A DNA stretch of 64,000 bases, from assembly GCA_015232575.1 (NCBI GenBank), contig JADFZL010000003.1, positions 192,001 to 256,000 of the forward strand. Reading direction: 5' to 3'. Source of the DNA: Candidatus Rifleibacteriota bacterium (GTDB lineage Bacteria > Muiribacteriota > Ozemobacteria > Ozemobacterales > Ozemobacteraceae). The notes beneath the pieces were generated by a model. That model did no database searches and was not told the DNA's origin. It saw only the letters and a list, made by a program, of their open reading frames with translations. The first letter of the stretch is position 1; the number at the start of each line of letters is the position of its first letter. Made by a program: the position numbers and the translations under genes. Shown piece by piece: positions 46,154 to 56,455 of the stretch.

Positions 46154-48309
46154 TTCAGCAGCATGAAGAAATCGAACCTTTTCGGCTGATCAAAGCCGGA
46201 AGAAGGCTTTTAAAGCCCGCTTCAGAAATAATGTTTTCGTTTCTTCAGAATGCATCAGAAGAAACAAAGTTTCAGGCTGCCATAAATATCGGTAAAATTG
46301 GAGATCCGGTTTCGCAGGAAATTCTTTCAGAATTTCTGGATTTATTCCCCGACAGGCCTGAACCTATAACTGCGATTGGTTTTTTAAAGGACAGTTCGCC
46401 CGTTCCAAAACTTATTAAGCTTCTCTCAACGCAGGATTACCAATTCAAAGAAGAAATTGTACGAGTTCTCGGAGAGATTGCCGATCCGCAGGCTGAAGCA
46501 ACTTTGAAAGAGCTGCTTCACGATGTTGAACGCATGGTGCGTTATTATGCTGCATGGGCGCTTTACCGGCTTGGCGGAAGAGATGTTGTACAAAGTCTCT
46601 GTTCACTTCTTTCAGATCCCGATGAGTGGATCGTAGTAAATGCTCTTGAAATCTTATCAAGATTGAAAGATCCTGAAGCAATTCCTTCGCTTGTTGGACA
46701 ATACAAAATTGCGAGAGATCCAAGATTAAAAGCGATTATCATTTCATCCCTCGGAGCATTTGCTGACGGGCATCTGCTTCCTATTTTCGAGGAAGGGTTG
46801 AAATCTTTTGATTTTCGAATTCAGGCAAACGCTGTAGAAGCAATTTCCAATCTTAAAATATCTCCGCTTGAAGTTAAACGGAAGATAAAAAAGTTTATTT
46901 CACATTCAAATAATCGTCTGAGAGCCAACACTGCTATTGCAATCTTTCGCTCTGATCCGGCAAAAGCTCTTCAGGAAGTTGAAGAAATGATTTTGAGCAA
47001 TGACCTTCCGACACGAAGATCAGCGGCCTATGTTCTTTCAAAAGTTAATCTGGAAAAACGCAGTGAGCTGATTGGAAGACTGCTTGCCGACTCAGCATTC
47101 GGTGTGCGAAAAATGGCATTAAAAGCCGCTCTGTCTTTGTCTTCCGAAGTAGGAACAGGTCGAATTATCCCACTTCTCAAAGATAAAAATCAGTGGGTCA
47201 GAAAAGAAGCAGTAGATTGTTCAAGGAAAATTGATGATATTGATCCGATACCATTTATTGATGCTTTCAAAAGTGAAAACTCGCCGCCCGTTCTGGAAAG
47301 CATGCTGGATTTATTTGTTGAAAGAAGAGTAAAAGCATCTGTTCCGCTTATTCTTGCCAAAATCAAGGGAAAGCCAGAAGAAGGTCTTGCTAAACTGTTG
47401 TACTCACTCGGAAAACTTAATGCAAAAGATGAGCTTCTCGAAGCAGGGAAATTTTTTGCGGCAGACGATCTCAACGTCATGAAAGAGTATTACATTGCGC
47501 TTCTGTTTAATGGTGAAATGGGTGTTTTTCAAACCGTGACAGATTTTCTTGCAGGCAGAAAACGCGAAGATGACCGAATTGCCGCAATGAATCTGGTCGG
47601 TGACATAGGGTTGTTTTTGAGAAATACAGAAAATTTTTCTGGAATTCTGTCACAGGCGCTTTTCCTGGAAGCAAAAAAGGACATGGCAGATATTGTTGAA
47701 TTTGCTGAGCCTGAAGTTGTTTCACCTTCAACAATGTCCGTAGAAAAAGGCATTGAATTGTTTTCTGCCGGTAAGTTCAAAGAAGCTGAGAAATATTTTA
47801 TTTCTCTTCTGAAAAACAATCCGCTTGATTCAGAGGCATTATTCCATTTTTCAAATACTCTTATTAAACTGGGAAAATACCCTGAAGCTGTTCAGAATCT
47901 CGATAATCTTATTCATATTATGCCCAGTCATTTTTCAGGAAGGCTTCTCATCGGGCAGTTGTACTTTCAGCTTAGAAACTGGGACAAACTTGTTGAAGAA
48001 TATGAAAAGTTGAAGCTTCAGATTCCGGAAACGGAAAAAAAGTCTGTAAGTCAGGTCTATGGTGCTCTGGGTCTGGCATATTTCAATCAGAAAAGATATC
48101 AGAAAGCCGTTGAAAATCTCAAAAAAGCTCTTGAAATCAATCCATCTGATATGAGTTCTTCCTACCATCTGGCTCTTGCATTTATAAGCCTGAAACAAAA
48201 CGATTCAGCTTTAAAAATCCTGAAAAAGCTTAAAAGCAGCCTGCCACCCGACAGCCGCATTCTAAAAAATGTCGAAGATCTCCTCATAAAGCTCGAAGAA
48301 GAAAGCTAA
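46150..48309 (+). CDS. HEAT-repeat (PBS-lyase-like) protein with C-terminal TPR repeats
   Basis: Repeated xxRxxAxxALGxIGDPxA-type HEAT units, and C-terminal TPR-like helices. Confidence 0.55.
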   Translation: MIQQHEEIEPFRLIKAGRRLLKPASEIMFSFLQNASEETKFQAAINIGKIGDPVSQEILSEFLDLFPDRPEPITAIGFLKDSSPVPKLIKLLSTQDYQFKEEIVRVLGEIADPQAEATLKELLHDVERMVRYYAAWALYRLGGRDVVQSLCSLLSDPDEWIVVNALEILSRLKDPEAIPSLVGQYKIARDPRLKAIIISSLGAFADGHLLPIFEEGLKSFDFRIQANAVEAISNLKISPLEVKRKIKKFISHSNNRLRANTAIAIFRSDPAKALQEVEEMILSNDLPTRRSAAYVLSKVNLEKRSELIGRLLADSAFGVRKMALKAALSLSSEVGTGRIIPLLKDKNQWVRKEAVDCSRKIDDIDPIPFIDAFKSENSPPVLESMLDLFVERRVKASVPLILAKIKGKPEEGLAKLLYSLGKLNAKDELLEAGKFFAADDLNVMKEYYIALLFNGEMGVFQTVTDFLAGRKREDDRIAAMNLVGDIGLFLRNTENFSGILSQALFLEAKKDMADIVEFAEPEVVSPSTMSVEKGIELFSAGKFKEAEKYFISLLKNNPLDSEALFHFSNTLIKLGKYPEAVQNLDNLIHIMPSHFSGRLLIGQLYFQLRNWDKLVEEYEKLKLQIPETEKKSVSQVYGALGLAYFNQKRYQKAVENLKKALEINPSDMSSSYHLALAFISLKQNDSALKILKKLKSSLPPDSRILKNVEDLLIKLEEES

Positions 48310-48315
48310 CCGCAA

Positions 48316-48500
48316 AATTCAATCTTGTCTCTTGTCTGTAAATCCTAATCCACGAACTGCTTTAAATCGTAAATCTCATTCAATCTTTCTTGTATTTAAA
48401 TCTTAATCCGCGAACATCTATTAATCCTAAATCTCATTCAATCTTCACTCTTGTCTTTAATCTTAATCCACGAAATCTGCGAAATCTGCGAAATCTGCGG
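48316..48500. repeat. Direct-repeat array: ~60-bp unit x3 (TCATTCAATCTT...AATCTTAATCCRCGAA...) plus 9-bp CGAAATCTG x3
   Basis: Read directly in the intergenic region between convergent genes. Confidence 0.6.
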
Positions 48501-48558
48501 ACAGCTTTCAATCTTGAATCTTTAATCTCAAATTGGAATAATCAGTAGTTAGAGCGAC

Positions 48559-51396
48559 TCATGAAAGTACAGTTTTCTCTTCTCTTGCGATAATCACGAC
48601 TGTGAAGTCATCTGGTTGGGGCTTCTTTGACAATGTATGTTCATGATTATCAAGATAGTCATCACAGGCTATTTCTATAGGTAATGGTTTTCTTGAAGCA
48701 AGGTAATCCTGGAATTTTTCAAACTGGTCTTCGTTGATTTCTATATGCATAGACTCTACAAGTCCGTCAGTGTACAACACAATTCTTCCGCCCGGTTCGA
48801 GTGAAAATGATTTTGGAAACAAGCGTAATTTCTCTTTCGAGCCTAACGGGAATCCCCCTGCTTCAATCATTTGAATCTTACCATTCTTTTCAATATGAAA
48901 TGGAAATGGGTGACCGCCATTATAAACAGAAACTTCGTTTGTTTGCGAATCTATCCAGACAAAAGTTGCAGTCATAAGAAGCTGTTTGTGGAAATTCTGA
49001 AGAATTGTTTTATTCAGAATAGAAATTACCTCGCCAGGTTTTTCGCCAGCCTGAGTTCTTTCCTGAACAACTCCTTTTGCCATTGCCATTACAAGAGCAG
49101 CAGGAACGCCGTGTCCGGTAACATCTCCGATCAGAACAAGCAGATAGCGGTTTTCGACCGTAAGATAGTCAAAGTAGTCGCCTCCAAGCTGGCTGGCCGG
49201 TCGCGATTTTCCAAAAACAGAATATTCACCGATTTTAAGAACATTTGCAGGGAACAATTGTGACTGTACTTCTTTTGCAACACTGACTTCATAAAGGCTT
49301 TCAAGCATGTGATTAAACATTTTTGTCAGATTGCCAAGCTCATCTGCTTCGAATACAGGAAGTTCAAATCGATATTCTCTTCTTTCAATAGCTTGTACGC
49401 CACCAGAAAGATTATCAATTGGTTTAAGCAGTTTCTGAGAGAGTAAAATGCCCAGAAATACGCTTATTGAAATACAAATTACAGCAAATCCAATTAATAA
49501 TCGTCTTGTCCTGAGGATTCCTGCATTAATTTTAGAGTCATCCTGCAGAGCTATCAGTGAACACGATTTCATGTCTTTCGGTTTAATTCCGGTATAGAAT
49601 AGTGTTTTCGAAGACGTAAAATCTTTTCGGTTAATTGTTGTACGCAAGAGTTCAATCCATTGCCCAATAAAATGAACCGCATTCGGAAATTCTCTGGAGG
49701 TAGAAGCTTTCCAGCTATTATCAGAGCTTAAAGCAAACACTTTCATACCTTTTGGAATAGCTTTTTTTGTTTTTACAAGGTTTTCCACATATATTTTTTC
49801 GACCTCATTTATCAGCCAATGCATTTCAATAAGATGAGTTACTTTTTTCTGATTGTTATATAAAGGCTTCAGATAAATCCAGGAACGGTTGTTTGAGAAC
49901 TGATAATCTTGAAGTTTTCCAAGTCCTCCTACAAGAAGGGAAATTATGTTTACTCCACCAAAAGAGCTTAAAAGTTCTGCTTTTAAAGCAGTTTTGAGGT
50001 TATCAGGTTCATTGTTCAAGTATGATGCAAGCGTCTTCATTACCTCACCCGAAGTTTTCGATCCTCTGGAGTTACTGATATCATTACCTTTTCCATCGAA
50101 ACAAAACTCAAATTTTCCACTTGCATTGTAAACGCTTAATCGATCAACTTGCATTTTTATTCCAAAAGATTTGAGTTTATTTTTTGCTGAAATTAAATCG
50201 TGTGTAATCAGTTGATCAAAGATTTTTATTGATTTATTTATCTTATTTTGAAATTTGTATCTCAAAACAGGAAAATTTGAATCAATGTGTCTGAGCGTAC
50301 GTTCTGCCTTTTCAAGACTTTTATTTATCTGAAAATCATATTCTTTATCAAGATAGTCCCAGCCGATTGAAAAAATTACCAGCAAAGGCAGCAAGCTGGC
50401 GTAAAAGAAAAGAATCATCAAGCGCCATTTAATTGAAAAATAGGTTTTTTCTCTGCCGAAATTAATAATTGCCGAAACTGATATTAAAAAGGCAAAAAGA
50501 ATAGTTGCGAAAACAGAAAGAATAATTCGGTAACGAAAAGTTTGATTAAAAATGTCTGTATTAAATGAAACCCACAGTATTGAAGAGCTTTTCAACCTGG
50601 AAAAAGACATAAGTGTATTTTGAAATCGAAAAGATGTATTTGGATTTTTCTCAATCAGTTTAAGTGCTTTTGCTAATGGTCCTGAAGATGTTACTGTATC
50701 ACTGATAGCAGATAAACCAACACTTACTGAAGCATTCTGTTTTGTACTCTGAAAGAATTTGATTTTATCTTTGACTGCCATTTCAGTCCAGTCCTGGGGT
50801 GTGTTAAAATGAACAAAAACACCACCATTGCTGGAAATAGAGTAAAAGAACCAGTGATTCTTTTCTTGATCGTTAACTTTTAATACCTCTTGAGAATACT
50901 TTGGAAACCTATCGGGTGATGTATCTTGACCGATATAAGATTTCAGAAATTTCCAGTCCTTTTCAAAGGGCTCAGGATTGTTTAACGTTTTTTCACATAA
51001 GTCTTTGTATAACGTCTTCAAGACGAATTTTGGAGGATTGGACTCTGAAACTTCAGGAATTACTTCACCTCTGGAATTTACTGCGTAAATAGTACAAACA
51101 TCTGGAAAACGAGATTTTATGTCATTTTTTGCTTTTGCAGAAAACAAATATTTTCCATGAAATATTTGTTCTGAAAATTTTTGAAAAACAAATTCGAGAT
51201 AGTCTAAAGTATCTTCCCGTTTTCTTAAGTTGAGAAGAATCTTTTCCTGAAGAAGAAAACTTGATTCTAAGGATTTTTTTTCCAGATCATCAAATCTTGT
51301 CCTTAATCCATAGACTGCAAGCATAATGGGTAATGCAAAAAAAATTAATGCAGAAAAACACCAGAGAATTCGTTTTTTTAGAGTAGGAAAAATCAT
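48559..51396 (-). CDS. Membrane sensor with HAMP domain and PP2C/SpoIIE-type serine phosphatase domain (RsbU-like)
   Basis: 945 aa. N-terminal TM and sensor region, HAMP linker, and C-terminal GDVTGHGVPAALVMA PP2C motif. Confidence 0.75.
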   Translation of the reverse strand: MIFPTLKKRILWCFSALIFFALPIMLAVYGLRTRFDDLEKKSLESSFLLQEKILLNLRKREDTLDYLEFVFQKFSEQIFHGKYLFSAKAKNDIKSRFPDVCTIYAVNSRGEVIPEVSESNPPKFVLKTLYKDLCEKTLNNPEPFEKDWKFLKSYIGQDTSPDRFPKYSQEVLKVNDQEKNHWFFYSISSNGGVFVHFNTPQDWTEMAVKDKIKFFQSTKQNASVSVGLSAISDTVTSSGPLAKALKLIEKNPNTSFRFQNTLMSFSRLKSSSILWVSFNTDIFNQTFRYRIILSVFATILFAFLISVSAIINFGREKTYFSIKWRLMILFFYASLLPLLVIFSIGWDYLDKEYDFQINKSLEKAERTLRHIDSNFPVLRYKFQNKINKSIKIFDQLITHDLISAKNKLKSFGIKMQVDRLSVYNASGKFEFCFDGKGNDISNSRGSKTSGEVMKTLASYLNNEPDNLKTALKAELLSSFGGVNIISLLVGGLGKLQDYQFSNNRSWIYLKPLYNNQKKVTHLIEMHWLINEVEKIYVENLVKTKKAIPKGMKVFALSSDNSWKASTSREFPNAVHFIGQWIELLRTTINRKDFTSSKTLFYTGIKPKDMKSCSLIALQDDSKINAGILRTRRLLIGFAVICISISVFLGILLSQKLLKPIDNLSGGVQAIERREYRFELPVFEADELGNLTKMFNHMLESLYEVSVAKEVQSQLFPANVLKIGEYSVFGKSRPASQLGGDYFDYLTVENRYLLVLIGDVTGHGVPAALVMAMAKGVVQERTQAGEKPGEVISILNKTILQNFHKQLLMTATFVWIDSQTNEVSVYNGGHPFPFHIEKNGKIQMIEAGGFPLGSKEKLRLFPKSFSLEPGGRIVLYTDGLVESMHIEINEDQFEKFQDYLASRKPLPIEIACDDYLDNHEHTLSKKPQPDDFTVVIIAREEKTVLS

Positions 51397-51400
51397 TCCG

Positions 51401-53770
51401 TCAGGGAACCTGAATGTCCAGACATTGTCCTCGAATTTGCTCTGATTCGTTAATTCTGTACGGAAGGTAACTTATTTTCAATTTTGTACCAACTGGTACA
51501 TTTTTAAAAAATATGCCCGGTTTAGGAGAGAGAAAATATATTTTGCCGTCTGTTCCTTTAAGGCTCAGCCAGTCTCGGTTGACTTCCAGCACCTCACCAG
51601 TTATATATTGTACAACAGATATCAGTTGATTTCCTAATAGTCTCCCCTCAGGGGTTTTTACCGCTGGAATTAATAGAAAAAGCTGATATCCAAACGCTAC
51701 CAAAGCAATATACAAAAATATCTTTGAGTTTTCCGAAAAAAAATATTTTACTTGAGGAAGTAAACTTTCAACATAATTGTAAAAGCTTTTTTGAACAGAT
51801 TCTTTCGAAAGAGTTTTAACGCTGTAATCTGCAGGTGGTGTCTTTTTTCTTGCTTCGGCTTCTTGGAAACGTTTTTCAAGGATTTCCTCTGATTCTTTCC
51901 AGGTTGCGATTGATATCTGCTGGGTTTGATGAAGAATAGTATAGTTTTCCATACGGGTGTTATAAACTTTTTTTGCATCATCAAGATTCGATTTATTTAT
52001 TAAATGCTTTTCCAGAGAGTAAAGAACAAAAAGGTTTTCTGAATCCGGATTAGAATTGAAAAAAAACAGGGCAGTGGAAAAAGGTTCTGCAGAGTCACAA
52101 ACCCTCAGATAATCATATAAAATGTCTCTGATTGCAACAAAATCAAAATGAATCAAGCAAATCAGAGCTGCTTTATGAGAATCTATATCTCGTTTATTAA
52201 GCATTGCTCTTACAGATGACAATGCCTGTTGCTTGTCTCTTGAGTTAAGAATCTTTATAGCAGTACCTTTTACTCTTGGAAGATCGCTCTGAAGAAATTT
52301 TCCGAGAAAGGGAAAAAGCCAGTCAAAATCGTATTCTCCAAGGTATTCCATGGCTGAAATTGCCAGTTGTTGATTTTTGGATTGTACAACATCTCTTGCT
52401 ACCGCAACATGTTCCTTCAATTTAAGGCGTATTGCTGTCTTAAGCGCGATTGCCTGTAAATCAGGAAGGCTCTTCTGGTCTGTCAGGATATTTTTCAAAA
52501 TTTGTAATTCATCTTGATTTGCACCTTTTGACCATGAAACTATTTTTCGCGCTTTTTCATCATGTGACAGATTATTAAAATCAGTAGGTTTTTCCTCAAG
52601 GGGTTTCTGGTCAGGGGCTTTTTGGTCATTTTCAAAGCACCCGGAAATATATTCACGCGCTTTATCTGATATTTGCCATTGAAGAGCTTCAGTAAGGATC
52701 TCTTTTACTAATGGGTCGTCTTTTTTTTCTTTAACCCATGAATCAACTTCAAGAAGCGCACTTGAATCGCTGTCAAAAGAAGAAAGTAATTCTCTCAGCC
52801 AGAAAACAATTTTGCGCCGTTTAATCCAGTGTTTAAGGCGCTCATAATACTCAGAAAACGAATCCCCCAATATTCCTGATTTTTCTATGTTAATACAGCA
52901 GTTTTTTAGAAGTACCTGAAGAATCTTTTTCTTATTTTCAGAAGAAGATTCTAAAATTTCCCATAATCTAAATGGCATTTCAGGGTCAGGGTTGTTTTCT
53001 ATTAGAACTCCGAATCTTAAAAGCACTTCAGTATCATCAACCATCGCCAGAGCGCGCAGAACCATTGGTTTTATGCTTGAGAAAGGGAAAAATATTGAAT
53101 TTTGGATTCCGGCAATAATAGATTCGGTTAGTCCGCTTTCAAGCAAAAGTCCGAGATGGTTCAATGCTTCTTCATTATCTATTTTTGACAATCCAATTAT
53201 CGCCAGAGTGCGGATTCTCAGTTCGTGGTGAACAAGTAATTTAGGAAGATCACGCCGGAGACTTTCAGGGGCTTTTTTTATCAGAAGTTCTATTGTTGCC
53301 ATTCTGAGGGAAAGCGATTCGGCGATAAGATGTCTGGAAGCAAGTCTCAACGCATCAACAGGAAAAACATTTATAAAAGTTCTAAAGAGTGAAACAAGAA
53401 CAGCAGGGTCTTTTTCTGACTTTAAAAGATGGGGGAGTTCAGAAGAAAACTCTTTGAGCTGCTCTGGTTTTATTGAATCCATGAGTAAAACTTTGCTACG
53501 ACTATCTGCATTTTCAAAGCGCAGAAGGAATTCTTCTCTGGTAAGTATCCCTTTATCGGCTTTGCCAGAACAGCGTTTTTCAATGAGGAGAAATGCAAGT
53601 TCAAGCTGTCTGAGGCACTCTGAGTCTTTTTCTACCTCTTTACGGGAAGAAAGAAGCTCAAGGAACTTTGAGGAAGGAGGTTCCTGAATAATATTCTCAA
53701 TTGCCTGAAGTCTTATTGATTTGTCCTTAGACCATAATTCCATTTTCAGCGCTTGGTCAGCCATTCTCAT
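51401..53770 (-). CDS. HEAT-repeat protein with C-terminal TM segment, co-transcribed with the PP2C phosphatase
   Basis: 789 aa. Helical repeats inferred from the protein sequence, one hydrophobic helix near residue 690, and a 4-nt gap to the downstream gene. Confidence 0.45.
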   Translation of the reverse strand: MRMADQALKMELWSKDKSIRLQAIENIIQEPPSSKFLELLSSRKEVEKDSECLRQLELAFLLIEKRCSGKADKGILTREEFLLRFENADSRSKVLLMDSIKPEQLKEFSSELPHLLKSEKDPAVLVSLFRTFINVFPVDALRLASRHLIAESLSLRMATIELLIKKAPESLRRDLPKLLVHHELRIRTLAIIGLSKIDNEEALNHLGLLLESGLTESIIAGIQNSIFFPFSSIKPMVLRALAMVDDTEVLLRFGVLIENNPDPEMPFRLWEILESSSENKKKILQVLLKNCCINIEKSGILGDSFSEYYERLKHWIKRRKIVFWLRELLSSFDSDSSALLEVDSWVKEKKDDPLVKEILTEALQWQISDKAREYISGCFENDQKAPDQKPLEEKPTDFNNLSHDEKARKIVSWSKGANQDELQILKNILTDQKSLPDLQAIALKTAIRLKLKEHVAVARDVVQSKNQQLAISAMEYLGEYDFDWLFPFLGKFLQSDLPRVKGTAIKILNSRDKQQALSSVRAMLNKRDIDSHKAALICLIHFDFVAIRDILYDYLRVCDSAEPFSTALFFFNSNPDSENLFVLYSLEKHLINKSNLDDAKKVYNTRMENYTILHQTQQISIATWKESEEILEKRFQEAEARKKTPPADYSVKTLSKESVQKSFYNYVESLLPQVKYFFSENSKIFLYIALVAFGYQLFLLIPAVKTPEGRLLGNQLISVVQYITGEVLEVNRDWLSLKGTDGKIYFLSPKPGIFFKNVPVGTKLKISYLPYRINESEQIRGQCLDIQVP

Positions 53771-54195
53771 TTTTCCCGCAAGATTATATTAAACGTTCCC
53801 AGATAGTTTATCATATTTTTTTTGAAGATAACAACAATCTTTTTTGTACTGAATAAAGCATATAATTAAGGTTTGAATATGATGCAACAACTTAAAATCG
53901 AAGACTATTGAAGGCAATATCAGTAAACATAGTTTTCTTGTTGAAAATTATGTTTTTTTGACACTGTGGTAAATTCGCTGAATCAAGTAATTCCCTTTAT
54001 CGATTGGGTATTATCATGTTCTGTCTATTATTACGAAAAAACAGATTGGAAGTTAATGTGCTCATTATGTTGCATAAGACAAGAATTTCCTTTTGAAAAA
54101 TAACTTGATTATGATATCATGAAAATAATTAGCAGATTAATTATTGTATTAATTTGATGCATGCAGTTTCTATCGTAAAAACAGGAGATATTTTG

Positions 54196-54552
54196 ATGGA
54201 CAGTTTCAAAATTGCCGAAAGTGAATTGAATGGTATTTCAATATTAACCTTTGATGGATACTGTGCAAAAGAGGGCGGAGCTGCTCTCAAAGATAAAACA
54301 CACGAAATTTTGCAGAAAGAGAAATGTCGAATAATACTTGATTTCACCAAATGCTCAATTATAAGCAGTCCTGGAATTGCTGCGATTCTTGAAGTAGTTA
54401 TGGAAGTTATTGACGATTGCAAGGGAGAACTATGCATCGTAGGACTGGACAAATCCAAGAAGCATTTTCTTCAGATGACCGGCGTTATTCCACTGGCCAA
54501 AACTGCTGCAACTGTAGAAGAAGCTTGTGTGCTGGTTAAAACAAAGAGTTAA
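54196..54552 (+). CDS. STAS-domain anti-sigma-factor antagonist (SpoIIAA/RsbV-like)
   Basis: ~118 aa STAS fold. Start ATG 54196; the track ORF starts earlier. Confidence 0.6.
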   Translation: MDSFKIAESELNGISILTFDGYCAKEGGAALKDKTHEILQKEKCRIILDFTKCSIISSPGIAAILEVVMEVIDDCKGELCIVGLDKSKKHFLQMTGVIPLAKTAATVEEACVLVKTKS

Positions 54553-54660
54553 AAATAACCTGTGAAAAATATTTTGAATTTTTTAAAAATATTCTTAAAT
54601 TTGTAATATTTAAGAATTCTTAACCGTTATATTACTGAAAACAAAATTAAGGAGGCAGTC

Positions 54661-55752
54661 ATGAAAAAGTTGATGCGTTTTTTTGTAGTGGTTGTACTAA
54701 CTTCAACCTTGGCTCTTAATCTTACCGGCTGTGCCCAGTTAATGCTTCTTGCTCCGTTAATTCAGGCCATAGGTACAACAGTTGCTGGTATAGGATGCAT
54801 CATGGCAGCAACCGGTGATTCGAGAGGTGCAAAACTTCAACAGGCGGGCGCAGGAATGTCTCTGACTGCTGGTGGAGCAATGGCTGTAAATAATGCCTAT
54901 ACTAATCTAACAACCACTTCTGCAAAGCCAGTTGGCGCTGCTGTTGTCGTTCCGACGGTCACCGGAGATCCTGATAGTAATAATGTGACCTACGGAGGCA
55001 CTGCTACCGTAGTTTCATCCTCAAATCCCACGACCTCTAATGCTAACTCAGCAAACTCTTTTACTGGTCAAGGCCTCCGAGCGCCAGCAAACGCTTTTGG
55101 CACTTCGTATGGCAACACCACCCCAAATAGTACTTTCGTTTCTGGAGAAAATAATTTAACACCGGTTGTCACTCCGTCGAATACTCCTTCTTCATTGCCG
55201 ACTTCCTCTTTTACTGGTCAAGGCCTCAATCCTTCAAACAGTGGTATTGGACTTAATCCTTCAAATAGTGGTCAAGGTCTACGTGCACCAGCAAATGCTT
55301 TTGGCAGTTCGCTTGGGAATACCACCCCAAATAGTACTTTCGTTTCTGGAGAAAATAATTTAACACCGGAAGTCACTCCTTCGAATACTCCTTCTCCATT
55401 GCCGACTCCCTCTAATAGTGGACAAGGACTCAACCCTTCAAACAATGGTCTTGGTCTCAATCCATCATACAATGGTCTGGGCCTTAATTTACCAGCAAAT
55501 GCTTTAGGCACTTTAAGGTCTGAGCCAATTGCGCAATTATCCGCGATTGTAACTCCCTCAATAAATCAAACTGTCCAACAGGGAGATTTATTCGGAAATG
55601 GTGCTGCCAGAATAGCTGAATCATTTACCAGAGCAGCAAATGCAGGAAATATTACTGCACAGGATTTTGTACGAACTGCAACTTCCCTGAACCAGGTAAG
55701 AACTATCCTGTCAGGAAAATATAAGCCAAATTCCTCTGGCAACGGACTATGA
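54661..55752 (+). CDS. Lipoprotein with Ser/Thr/Asn/Pro-rich internal repeats
   Basis: Lipobox (LTGCAQ). Duplicated ~50-aa unit (FTGQGLRAPANAFG...NTTPNSTFVSGENNLTP). The C-terminus is homologous to the N-terminal part of 59484..60656. Confidence 0.55.
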   Translation: MKKLMRFFVVVVLTSTLALNLTGCAQLMLLAPLIQAIGTTVAGIGCIMAATGDSRGAKLQQAGAGMSLTAGGAMAVNNAYTNLTTTSAKPVGAAVVVPTVTGDPDSNNVTYGGTATVVSSSNPTTSNANSANSFTGQGLRAPANAFGTSYGNTTPNSTFVSGENNLTPVVTPSNTPSSLPTSSFTGQGLNPSNSGIGLNPSNSGQGLRAPANAFGSSLGNTTPNSTFVSGENNLTPEVTPSNTPSPLPTPSNSGQGLNPSNNGLGLNPSYNGLGLNLPANALGTLRSEPIAQLSAIVTPSINQTVQQGDLFGNGAARIAESFTRAANAGNITAQDFVRTATSLNQVRTILSGKYKPNSSGNGL

Positions 55753-55912
55753 AACTATAAGCAATTTAACTGGTCCTGGGGTCTTTAATATCAACGCTCA
55801 TTGAAAGATTACTATTCTTTACCATCTAAAAACGTAAGCGTTCCAGTTTCATTATAAACAGGGACTCATCGGTGTATTTTCTTACAGCAGAAGCAAATTC
55901 GGGGAATAGATT

Positions 55913-56455
55913 ATGCAGGACCAGGAAATAATTGAAGCAGTAATAGGTGGACAGAAACAGCCCTTTAAGATCCTTGTAGATAAGTATCTTCCGATGGTCA
56001 GGGCTTTTTTTCGTTCGATGGGCGTTCCAACAGAACTGATAGACGATACTATACAGGAAACGTTTATTAAAGTATATTTGAACCTTAATAAATATCGTCC
56101 TGTTCGCCCTTTTTCTGCTTGGCTTCTGCGAGTTGCCCGTAACACAATGATCGACAATATTCGAAAGACTCAGAATCACAGAAATCTTGAGCATGAACTT
56201 TCAAAAACTTGTAAAACTATAACTACTTCAATTGAACCATCTGTACAATCCGAAGAATCAGATTATCAGTATCTGCTTGAGAATCTTAGCGATTCGGACA
56301 AATTATTAATTGAACTCAGATTACTACAAAAACTTTCGTTTCAGGAAATTTCCGAAATTTTGGAAGTTACCGAAAATTCACTCAGAGTAAGAATTCATCG
56401 CCTTCTTCAAAAGATGCGCAGAGATATCGAGTCTGTAGAACGGAGCGTGCAATGA
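55913..56455 (+). CDS. ECF (sigma-70 family, sigma-24-like) RNA polymerase sigma factor
   Basis: Region 2 and region 4 motifs (FSAWLLRVARNTMIDNIRK; LSFQEISEILEVTENSLRVRIHR). Confidence 0.8.
   Translation: MQDQEIIEAVIGGQKQPFKILVDKYLPMVRAFFRSMGVPTELIDDTIQETFIKVYLNLNKYRPVRPFSAWLLRVARNTMIDNIRKTQNHRNLEHELSKTCKTITTSIEPSVQSEESDYQYLLENLSDSDKLLIELRLLQKLSFQEISEILEVTENSLRVRIHRLLQKMRRDIESVERSVQ

Noticed and set aside
48316-48500. Repeat array as a CRISPR locus
   Set aside because: The units are contiguous and imperfect, with no unique spacers of regular length and no cas genes nearby.
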